The position numbers and the translations under genes are program-made. Source: Laetmonice hystrix (Eukaryota). Taken from it: DNA of 64,000 nucleotides. Shown piece after piece: positions 35,440 to 47,400 of this stretch (the first letter of the stretch is position 1; the number at the start of each line of letters is the position of its first letter). The notes under the pieces were generated by a model. It had not been told where the DNA came from and ran no database searches. It worked only from the letters and a program-made list of their open reading frames with translations. The stretch covers positions 12,958,001-13,022,000 of the forward strand of contig OZ249441.1 of assembly GCA_965235115.1 (NCBI GenBank), in the 5' to 3' direction.

Positions 35440-38400
35440 ATGTTCAAACGAAGGGACATCCCTCCCGTCCTGCTCCTGCTGCTACTCATCATCCTCGTTA
35501 TGCTTACCTTGTCGCAAATACTGGTCGTACATAACGGTCGTTACGGCCGCAACGTCCACAATATGCGCAAACTACAGCTGGAGCTGCGTGAAATGGACAT
35601 CAACCTGCATTCACTGATGATGCAGAATGTTCCCTCCATTGAACTCAACAGAAGGCTACTCCAGAATGAGATCAATGCTGCGCGCATAGCGGCGATTATT
35701 GCCAAGGCCTCCGAGACACACCAGGCGTTACCCAACCGGACTCGTAGAGGCCAGCGCCCCCTGGTGGCCCCTGCCAGAGATGTACCGGGGTTAAACAGGA
35801 ACTGGTCAGAGTACCGACAATTACCCAAAGTACCCACTCACAACTGGAACATGTCGTTCGTGGCGAATCCAAGAAACGGCAGTTCTACATCCAAATCATT
35901 ACCACTACCATCATTAAGTCGAAGAAAACCATCCACATCAACAGTATTCACACCTTCATCATCATTTAACATACCACATCATCAACCAGCATCCTCCGAC
36001 AGAGGATATAAATCTGTCGGTTTGAAAGAACATGTTCCTCACGCGACAGCTATCCTCGGCTCTGTGCCGGGCAGGAACTCGTATGCCAAGGTGCCAGTGC
36101 TGACGAGGTCTGCCAGTAGAAGTGACGTCTCGCTGGTCGGACGACTTCGGCTATTACCGCCCCACAGAAGAAAACCAGCCCTCGCCTATTGCCCATCCAT
36201 TCCGCCATTATTAAGTGAGTATGATTCCAGAAATAGTTTTTTGTTCGTATAATTATATTTGTTCACACTCTCGGCGCTAATATTGAACAAGTTAAACGGT
36301 ATTAAGAATAAACTGCATTGCCCACAGAAGACGAGTACATTGTTTATTTAAGGCACACTGGTGTAATATTATAAAGATAAAAATGTTCAAAGTAATCTTA
36401 AGAGTATATACATTTATTAGTAAATCTGTCAATGATACTAATGAAGCAAAAGTAATTACAACAATTCGTGTATTCTTATTACTGTATTACCGTTTTTGTG
36501 TATGTCACTTTTCCTTGCACTTCTGTAGGCCTGCATCTAACATTATACATAGTACTATATATCTTTTAAAGAAACTGATTTATACGAGGAAAACGTAATG
36601 AAGGTTTGTAGGGAACAGCGCATCAACATAAGTTGCCCGGGGCTTTGCGATGCCGTATCAGGTGCCATGTGATCACATGAGATATTTTGCCAGAGCTTTG
36701 TCTCTAAATTCGTGCTGATCGAAGCTTCACTTCACGGCCACACGTCGTGTATGGGCTGTGTGAACGTGACTACGTTACAACTTCCTTTTGGCGGCAACCA
36801 AAGGTTTTGTGTCACTACAATATCAGCAAACTACACGTACTGACAACAAAGAATCTCCAATATTGACTTCTTCAAACGAGAAGTGACGTGATGCTTTAGC
36901 TCATGACAGAAAATTGCGAGTGGAGAGCTGGTGGATGTGTTTTCGGCCCAATGTACGGGCACTAAGTGAGGCGGAATGTAATCGACCATCAGTCCTAATG
37001 CTCCTTTATCGATTGGGAGTTTTTCTTTACAGCAGATCAAACGATCCAATTAAAATACCTTATTCTACTAAACCCTCCCAGAGAATACTAGGGTCAGGAG
37101 TTATTCTATAATTTGTTTACCACAGATTAGCATACCTGATTTCAATGTGTCTAAAATAATGTAGAATGACGAAGAAGAAATCGCTGTCCGTTTGAAGTTC
37201 TATGTTGTGAGCCGAGGTGAAATCTGCCCTGACCTGTATTCGTGACTTGCGTGCCGGTTCTGACAAGGATGTCTTGGTGGATGAGAACGACCGAGGAGGA
37301 TGACACAGGGAGTAGGGTGAAATCTCGCAGGATTCTCTCTGTGTGATTGACTAAGGAGGAAAATTATTGTGAAGGCTAAGTGCGGATAGGGTCCAGAAGG
37401 CGGCGGCTGACACCCGTTTACGTTAGTATCCGAGGCCTGTGCATAATAACGCACGTGTCTACATTCTTTAATTTAACATCGGCTACCCCTCAGTTACTGA
37501 TAGTGGTTATCATACCCATACTATGCGCATTGAGTCGTCCGAGTCGAAAGTTGATGGCAAAAATGATTGGAAGCTTTAAAAGATTGGGCATTGGGATTTA
37601 TACTATTTCAACCTTGGCATGTTTATCACCCAGGTGGTAATGGATGTCAGATGATGATCGCCATACGGTGTAAGCTAAACGGTGATGGCAGTGCGAAAAA
37701 CTGTCGTGTGGAATACCGGCTCTAAATGCCTGTCACCCCAACAGTCGCGAACCATTGGCTGGTCACAACACATTCGGGTTCCGGCCGGGGCAGGTGCCAA
37801 ATCAGTGCAGGCATGATGGAGGCTTTGTCACTGTATTTTAGGGGGCATATGTTTAGTGTCCTTTTGTTTTTGATGGGGTTTCTTTCTTTGTTTCTTTCTT
37901 TGTGGAATAACTCGATACCGAAGAAGGCGGATTAAGATCCCCCGACCAAAAGTAGCGAAAACGCTTTTGTTACTATTTTTAGCCCGATTTCTTTTACCTT
38001 TGACCTTTTACGAGTTTTGAGGTTACTTAAAAACTTGATTTAGGCTTAATACCATGACCTTTCTGCAGTATAGATAGTGTTGTCTGTTGCTAATCTATCA
38101 ACTCATGCATGCATTGCTTGCTTGCAGAACAAGTGTGTACATGCGGTATGGCCCGCCCCTGGTGAGAAATGTATGAATTATTGAGAGCAGATCGGTTACC
38201 GGTACCAATCGAACGTTGATTAGCAGAACATCGATTAAGTGCTCACGAGTCCAGTCAGGCACAGGTCGGGGTTGCTGATCATAGCGTGACTAAAACTAGA
38301 GACCATGCATTGACATACAAATCTGTACTTACAACCACATCAAACCCTGTAAATATACATGTACATATAATTCATGTAAGAAGTTCGGGGACAAGTCAGC

Positions 38401-41400
38401 TTGTGGCCAAATAGTCCGGGCGTAGGCACTTCCCTTCCATAACGCTATGGGCTGGACCTGATCACACTCGAGCGATAATATATATATTTATTCTTACCCG
38501 TGACGTCAGGACCATTCCCCGACATGAGCCGAAGTTCGAACACTGATAGAATAAGATACTGCCAATAATACAGTAGCGGCGGAACAGATAATGCAGACCT
38601 TATTGGAGGGGGGGGGGGGGTCATTTTGCTTGAAGGTAGTGGAGCATGGTTGTAGGCCTATCATATATGTAGATACAAAACCAGATTTAACAGTAATAAA
38701 TAATATGACATAAAAAAATCTACAAAAGCCATAGGATTATTGGGGGCGGGGAGGGCAGTGCCCCCACTGCCCCCTACTTCCGCCGCAGATGTAGACTCTA
38801 ATAGAAGAGATCTTTGTGGTACCGAGGGGGTACTCGTGCTTCCATCTATCGGACAAACGTTCTTGGGGCGCAGCGATTTTGGCTTTTCTTAGAGGCCCAT
38901 CGGGGACTTGCGTAGGCCTACGTTGTAAAGCCCAGAAAGCGAGAGAATGCGCAGGCACTTGATTTGAAGCCCAGTTGTAAATGATACAGGATGTATTTAC
39001 TTATAATGTAAACAGGTAGAAGTCTACTAGGCCTAGGCCTATATACATGTACGTCCCATGAGTGACTCATTGTGCACCCACGTACATTTCACCCTACGTC
39101 TCCACCCTACATTTCAGCTTGGATAGGGCCATGGGACTTTGGCTTACTGATTGAGTTGACAAGGCGTGGTTGTCCCATACCAGCCGCACCATGGGGAACC
39201 CCCAGCCCCCACCCAGCCCCCATCCAGCCAGGAAATGGACATTTTGCACAGTCGGTTGGTTGCTGTGTGAAAGCTGTGTCATGAAATCGTGGGAATGCCT
39301 CTTGCACCGAAATGACCGCGATTGTCGAGATTCACATTCAATATGAGGCACAGTTCCATGATATTGTACGGAATCACAAACGAGACAATTCAATTTCACA
39401 AGTACTGCTGCCACCATTAATCGTTGCTTTCATATTATTGTTGGCAAATGACATTGCGGTTATGTTATTTATCTCCATGAATTGATTGACCATGGACTAC
39501 CCCTTAGTCTTCCCCTTAGATGTGGGGCATTATGGTTATAATGACATGAGTACCCTTAAATAGTGAAGGTCATAGAACCCTCAAATTGTTGGAAGGAGGT
39601 TACACGTAATATTTATCAGTAAGCAAGCCAGACAAGCCGTGTTTGGCATGCAGATATTTCAGTCATATCAATTTGGTATTATGAATCGAAGCAAACGACT
39701 GTGGAGTCCCGTTGCAAAGTTCTATTTCCACGCAAGTAAAAACTGCCAAAATTTCCTTCGACTGCACTTTTTTATCCCCCCCCCCCCCGATGTCATTGGT
39801 GATCCAGTTGTCTGGACATAATGATACCCCCCCCCCCGTAAAAAAATCAAGGGAGGGTGGACGTTTTTCCACTTCCTTAAAAAACGAGTCACTGGGGATT
39901 GATTCTTCCATTACGAATGATTTCTCTCTCGGGTGTAATGACCAGGTCATTACGTTTGGTTAAATGAGATAGGACGGGGAAAGCCTGGTCATGGTGTTTG
40001 AGACCTCAAGGGGGCTGGTGTTTGGGTAGTCTCTTACTGACCTCAGCCATCGACCGGTAAAACCATGAACCTGATGGTGTTTGAGACCTCAAGGGGGCTG
40101 GTGTTTGGGTAGTCTCTCACTGACCTCAGCCATCGACCGGTAAAACCATGAACCTGATGGTGTTTGAGACCTCAAGGGGGCTGGTGTTTGGGTAGTCTCT
40201 CAGTGACCTCAGCCATCGACCGGTAAAACCATGAACCTGATGGTGTTTGAGACCTCAAGGGGGCTGGTGTTTGGGTAGTCTCTCACTGACCTCAGCCATC
40301 GACCGGTAAAACCATGAACCTGATGGTGTTTGAGACCTCAAGGGGGCTGGTGTTTGGGTAGTCTCTCAGTGACCTCAGCCATCGACCGGTAAAACCATGA
40401 ACCTGATGGTGTTTGAGACCTCAAAGGGGCTGGTGTTTGGGTAGTCTCTCACTGACCTCAGCCATCGACCGGTAAGACCATGAACCTGATGGTGTTTGAG
40501 ACCTCAAGGGGGCTGGTGTTTGGGTAGTCTCTCAGTGACCTCAGCCATCGACCGGTAAAACCATGAACCTGATTGGGAAAGCCTGGTCATGGTGTTTGAG
40601 ACCTCAAGGGGGCTGGTGTTTGGGTAGTCTCTCACTGACCTCAGCCGTCGACCGGTAAAACCATGAACCTGATGGTGTTTAAGACCTCAAGGGGGCTGGT
40701 GTTTGGGTAGTCTCTCAGTGACCTCAGCCATCGACCGGTAAAACCATGAACCTGATGGTGTTTAAGACCTCAAGGGGGCTGGTGTTTGGGTAGTCTCTCA
40801 GTGACCTCAGCCATCGACCGGTAAGACCACGAACCTGATTGGTTATGTTGGATGTGACGTCTCCATGGATAAGGTCAGAGCTGTTGCGTGGACAATGTTT
40901 GCCTACTGGTGAACTTACTGACGTGTGCCCTTAAACATTAATGATTTGGACAGAGAACGCGCGGCCTGAGAGACACTGACCCATACAATACAAATGTAAT
41001 AGGTTCAGCACGCTAATAGCAAACTATGAACCATGACAGGATATTGTGTGTATTGATGGTAGGTGTCATTTATAGGATTTGCTCTCAGGCAATCTATATT
41101 GTAACAGAGACTGCTGTAACAGTGATTATGGACAGAAGCCTAATGAGTTAATGTGACTTCAGTCCAGGGGTTACTTAGGTGACTGGTTCATGGGGTCAGA
41201 ATCAAGATAAATGGATATGGTGGGAGAAATCAATGGCAACATGACAGAGAATGGTTGGGTCAAAGGTTAGTGAGTAGGATGGGGTGAATAGTAGGGTGAA
41301 TAGTGCGTAGGATGGGGTGAATAGTGAGGATGAAGGCCGATTGTTAAGGACCATATTGGCTTCAAGTCTATGTTAAGTGTAATTATGTTAAGCATAATTA

Positions 41401-44400
41401 ATCGAACATAATAAATCAAACCTTAAAGCATAAAACATAAAGCAAAAGGCCAATTGCAGAGTTTATGTTCTCTGTAGGAATTTTACATAGGGCCTTCATT
41501 CGGCTTAGATGAGGTTCGACAAGTTTAAAACCATATCTGCGCGGATTTGCTGTGTGGTGGGGGTGATTCCTCAAACCCTGTTTAATATAAGTTGTCCTGA
41601 CCTTGGCTTATATCGCCCTGCTTTCTGAGTGTTCCATGAGCCTTTCGTGACATTGCGAATTAACGGAATCATGCGAAGGTTATGACCTTTACTGTGTGTG
41701 CATATCGGCATTACGTTATCAACGAATCTAAAACAGCTAGCACTAAAGTAGCTCTACCTAAAACCTGTGTTATTGTATTCACTGATATATTCAATAGGTC
41801 TGTCTAAATGTACTTCAGACCACAGTGTTTTATTGGTTTAACTCACACATTAACCCATCATACACTGACTTATTGATGGAGACCGCGGCACTGTGCACAT
41901 CCATGCCTTTATGCGGGGCTCCAGCCACGCAGTATTAGCTAACCACCTTGGTTTTTGTCGGAAAAGAGTTTTTAGCATCAGGTTGAAGCAAGGTCTCGTA
42001 ACTTCCAAACAACACGGTGAACACCGCTATAAAATAACCTGAGGAAATATTACGGATGCGAAATGGTGAAACTTTAGTTCCTAATGTGTCCGCTACAGGA
42101 GTCATCATTCGTTCATCTGTCAGGATGTAACCTATAGTGGTGTCTGATTTTGTCACACTATACGTGACATTATAAATATACTGTTAAAAACTGCCGGTAT
42201 CAAGTATTTCAAATGGCTCCTTAAGTGAGTTTCTTGGCAGTAAATCAATATTTTTACATTTCCAATGTTTAGTAATGGGTAAGTAATGATAATGATGATA
42301 AATCTGAAAGTGGAGAACTTTATTTCCTAGCTCTGATCTAAGACCCAGAGAAGCTGAACGTAACATGACTATATCGAGAAGCCGACTTGGCGCCAACATG
42401 ATGGAGCTGAGGTCAGGATGAGATGTAACACCTGTCGGTCGGGGCGACACCTGGCGGCAAGATTAGTACCTGGCTGGGTGTTTTATATCAGGGCCCCTCC
42501 TCCATCAAAGTTCAATTGATTTTTATCAGCAAAATCAGCCAGGAAGATTCTGATAGTGGATCTGGGAAGGGGCAGTGTAGTCTGCAATAAACAACTCGAC
42601 AAAATGTGAAATAGAAATAAATCTCAACTTCATCGGAGTCACAGAAGAATGGATGGTTTAAAGTCACATGCCTGTCAGTGAGATTCACCGTCAGCGTGGT
42701 GCGTGCTAACAAATGAAGATCTGCGAGTCAACATCAGAAGACACCTTTAAAATGTTGATAGGCGCTAGGCGTCCAGATTCCGATAGGCGCAGCCTTCAGA
42801 TTGCACGAACCACATCTTATTATAGCCGGGAGACTGAGGTCAATATAAGGAGCATCACCAGCCTGATTATCAGTGATGGAGATTGGAGGCAGACCTGTGG
42901 GAGCTGGCTCACCCTCGTGTCTGTAGATATAAGTGCGCCTCACCCCGCAATGTATCAAGGAGGCACCAGTCGTGCCGGGGCGGCGCTGGGCGGCACATCA
43001 ACGAGACCAAGGCATTGGTCGGCAATTGGCCAGCCATGTCAAGGGCTATATTTACTTTTATTTGACCTTCATTCGGAACATTAAACGTTTAGGAATCACA
43101 CTACGTCTCATTTGAGAATCACACAGCCCCAGAAGGTGACCCACTGACGGACAATTTCAGATTCCATCGACATTCCAAAGCCGCCACTTTTTGGTACAGA
43201 GACATCACGGATTGGCATGAAAAACGGAGGTGGAAGATATGTTGGTGTCGACATATCAGGGACTGGAAGGCACTATAAATCGGTAGAATTGAGGGCGGGC
43301 GAGGCAAACGCTGTGCTAAAGGTCCTGTCCTGTAACTTCAAGTCCAAGGTTTGGTCGCCCTATATAACACGCTGGCAGAATGTAAGATGGCCTCGTGTGT
43401 ACAACCTCGTGCTATACATATATTTAAGATTTTTTGATGTTCTTCTTTATAGTACCAATTATTGTTACATTTGTCACAGATGGCAATTTCATGTTTTTGA
43501 AGTATTATGCACCATTGTGAGATGATTAAAATCCAGCTGATCAGTAATCAGTATAGCTGATATGTGTACACTGTATGAGTTACAGTTAGAGAGAGGAGTA
43601 GGAAGGGCCATGATGCTCAGTGTCAATGATTACAGTGATCATGTTCACAGGGAGACAATGTATCATATGTGTACACTGTATAAGTTACAGTCAGAGAGAG
43701 GAGTAGGAAGGGCCATGATGCTCAGTGTCAATGATTACAGTGATCATGTTCACAGAGAGACAATGTATCATATATGTGTACACTGTATTAGTTACAGTTA
43801 GAGAGAGGAGTAGGAAGGGCCATGATGCTCAGTGTGAATGATTACAGTGACCATGTTCACAGGGAGACAATGTCTCATATGTGTACACTGTATTAGTTAC
43901 AGTTAGAGAGAGGAGTAGGAAGGGCCATGATGCTCAGTGTGAATGATTACAGTGACCATGTTCACAGAGAGACAATGTAACATATGTGTACACTGTATTA
44001 GTTACAGTTAGAGAGAGGAGTAGGAAGGGCCATGATGCTCAGTGTGAATGATTACAGTGACCATGTTCACAGGGAGACAATGTCTCATATGTGTACACTG
44101 TATTAGTTACAGTTAGAGAGAGGAGTAGGAAGGGCCATGATGCTCAGTGTGAATGATTACAGTGACCATGTTCACAGAGAGACAATGTAACATATGTGTA
44201 CACTGTATTAGTTACAGTTAGAGAGAGGAGTAGGAAGGGCCATGATGCTCAGTGTGAATGATTACAGTGACCATGTTCACAGGGAGACAATGTATCATAT
44301 GTGTACACTGTATTAGGTACAGTTAGAGAGAGGAGTAGGAAGGGCCATGATGCTCAGCGTGAATGATTACAGTGACCATGTTCACAGAGAGACAATGTAA

Positions 44401-47400
44401 CATATGTGTACACTGTATTAGTTACAGTTAGAGAGAGGAGTAGGAAGGGCCATGATGCTCAGTGTGAATGATTACAGTGACCATGTTCACAGGGAGACAA
44501 TGTATCATATGTGTACACTGTATTAGTTACAGTTAGAGAGAGGAGTAGGAAGGGCCATGATGCTCAGTGTGAATGATTACAGTGATCATGTTCACAGAGA
44601 GACAATGTATCATTCAAAATGATCAATGGTTCTTTTTTTGGTGTTGCCTCTCGAGCTCTTTAAGTGTGCCTACTGGTGCAGGATAATGTCTCTATAGTTA
44701 TGGGCCATGGAGACAGTCGTGGTCGTCAGGATAATCCCTTTTGTCTGAAATGAAAGGACCTTTGGCTAATTAGGCTGCTTACTTCGATCTGGTCTAATCT
44801 GAAGACATCTAAACCTTTCGTTTTCGGCCGCGGAACATGATAAAAATGGTTATAACTAACATAATCAACTGCGGTCCCTTTGTAGAATCGAACAAAAAAA
44901 CCTGTTTGATAAGAAGGCTGTACGTCAATAATTTCTTGTGTGTACTTTGTGTGGTGAGGGGTGGGGGTGGGTAGAGGAGGGGGAGGGGGTTCTACATAAG
45001 AAACATGCGGAGGATTCAGTAAAATAACGGCTAAACTTATTGGAAACAAGAGGATGGTAAGTGTTGTAAGACGATTGCTGAGGGTTATTACTGGTATACT
45101 GTTAATACTCCAAGCTTTACCAAGTGTAACCCTCATGCTTTTCGTTATCACCCCCCCCCCCCCCGGCCCTCAACTCTTAACAGTTAAACTTGACTATGTA
45201 ATTGATGTCAGTCCATCACCAATCTCGATATGAACCATCCCCTCATCACTTACCACGTACATCTCCTGTTTAAAACACCCACTTCTGATTCCCCCCTGTG
45301 CCTCCTCCGTCTTCGACTGTCTGTATGAGTAATGTACGCCTCCCCTTTCCTGTGCCTTCTTTCCATCCGCCTGCCCTTCCTTCCTCCCTCCGACCATCCA
45401 TCCGTCCATCCATCTTCTTCTCTCCCACCCCCCGTGCCCTTCGCTAGTTTATACACGGCTGTTTCATTCAAATATTAACACACCCAAATCATGGCTTCTT
45501 TCAGAGGGTCGCGTTTTCGTCAACTTTGAACACAAGCATAATTTCAGCGAGGCGGAGATCGTGTGGCAGAACCCGGACCTGCAGTCTGGGGGAATGTTCC
45601 GGCCGGTGACATGCGTGGCCCGTCACCGGGTGGCTGTGATCGTACCGTACCGTGACCGCTGGTCACACCTGATGATTCTTCTCTCTCACCTCCATCCCAT
45701 CCTCCAGAGACAGCAGCTAGACTACACTATCTACGTGGTGGAGCAGGTAAAGCCGTCTCTCATAACCTCCAGGCTCTCTCTGTGTACGGGACGTTAAGTG
45801 ATCGGCATCGATTCCAGCCCCACCTCGGGACTTGTGGTAGACCCCAGGCGAGCAGATCGATATGAAAATAATCTATTCTTATATTTCTTGTTTGAAAGCT
45901 TTTTACAATGGGCTCTGATGTTGTTATGTCCTCAGTTGCGCTCGTGCATTAACGGAAGCCTTGTCATGAGCCGGAAATAAAATCAGAACATGTTTACTGG
46001 AAAAGTCAGGAACATTGGACAGGGAAATTCAGAATTTGGTCAAATGTCAGGAAAAAGTAAGAAAAATGTATTTAGATCTTTAGACTAGAATATGCCATTT
46101 CCTTTTCATTGTTTGACACAAACATCTATATGAAAATTGCGGTCATCTGCAGAAAATAAACCTGCAGACACGAGCCGCTGCCATTGTTCTAATAAACCTG
46201 CAGACACGAGCCGCTGCCATTGTTCTAATAAACCTGCAGACACGAGCCGCTGCCATTGTTCTAATAAACCTGCAGACACGAGCCGCTGCCATTGTTCTAA
46301 TAAACCTGCAGACACGAGCCGCTGCCATTGTTTCCACGTGCCAAGGAATATCTTGAGTGAAAGATAAGACATGACACATTGTGGGAAGCCTGGATATTGG
46401 TGGTTTTCTAAGGTTACTGGTGTATTATGGAGAACCGGTCCGAGAAAAAAAGGTGGTTTAGATTACCTAGTTGTTTTATTTTAATCGTATGTTCCATCCT
46501 GGATATGCTATATTGATTCCAGGCTGTCTATTATTACAGTTATTGAGTATTGCGGTATGATGCAGGCTTCAGACCATACATGTACATGTATATAGTTTCT
46601 GCCATTGCACGGAGTGTTTCCATGGTCGGTAAATGATTTCATGCAGGCAATGTTTACATCAGTCAAGAGTTAGTCTATCTGATTGTGCAAGTCTTTATTT
46701 GTTCCGCACAAAAACCTAACACGCAATTGTGCTCAATTTGAGGCAATCCGCACTAAATTTCAATAATGTAAAACGAGAGGGTTTGCGTTTTGGCAAAAGC
46801 TTGATCCATACAGACAGGTTTTATAGCAACTTTGTGAAATTGGAATAAGCTGTAATGGTCACTATTTTTGGTTCTTGCAAATAGAACCCTCGCCTCCCCT
46901 CGCCACCACCATAAAAGGAAAGTCACAACAAGAGACTGGAATAGCATGAGACAGGGTGTGCTGTCTGTCGCTAAGTGATACCAGGCTGGGGATGTCTTTA
47001 ATTGGTTGATGAAAGACTGAACTTGAGTCAGACCTGGAATATCATCGTGATAATTGGCAATTATTGATCAGCCGTATTATGGCTGCGGTGCGGCGGCGTT
47101 TGGCCTGAAGCTGTCAGAGGTTCTTGTCGACCTCGGACGTCGGCACACCGTGAGAACAGCTCACCCAGCCATACCCCCCCCCCCATTACTGGGGAGATAT
47201 AGGGCAGCCCCCCCTATTATTGGGGTGATATAGGGCAGTCCCCCCCCATAATTGGGGAGATATAGGGCAGCCCCCCCCCCCATTATTGGGGAGATATAGG
47301 GCAGTCCCCCCCCCCCATTATTGGGGAGATATAGGGCAGCCCCCCCCCATTATTGGAGAGATATAGGGCAATAGAACCAACCATAAACATATCGGGTTAG

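Noticed and set aside
40834-40905. Minus-strand exon-like block (VGKHCPRNSSDLIHGDVTSNITNQ|GTTCGT) adjoining the 83-bp array
   Set aside because: I could not link it to convincing partner exons or any known family; there is too little evidence for a nested gene.
46106-46379. Repeat-peptide ORFs over the 36-bp array (likewise 52209-52502 and 43562-43801)
   Set aside because: Unit lengths are multiples of 3, so repetitive ORFs are expected by construction; they lie in intronic or intergenic DNA with no coding signals.
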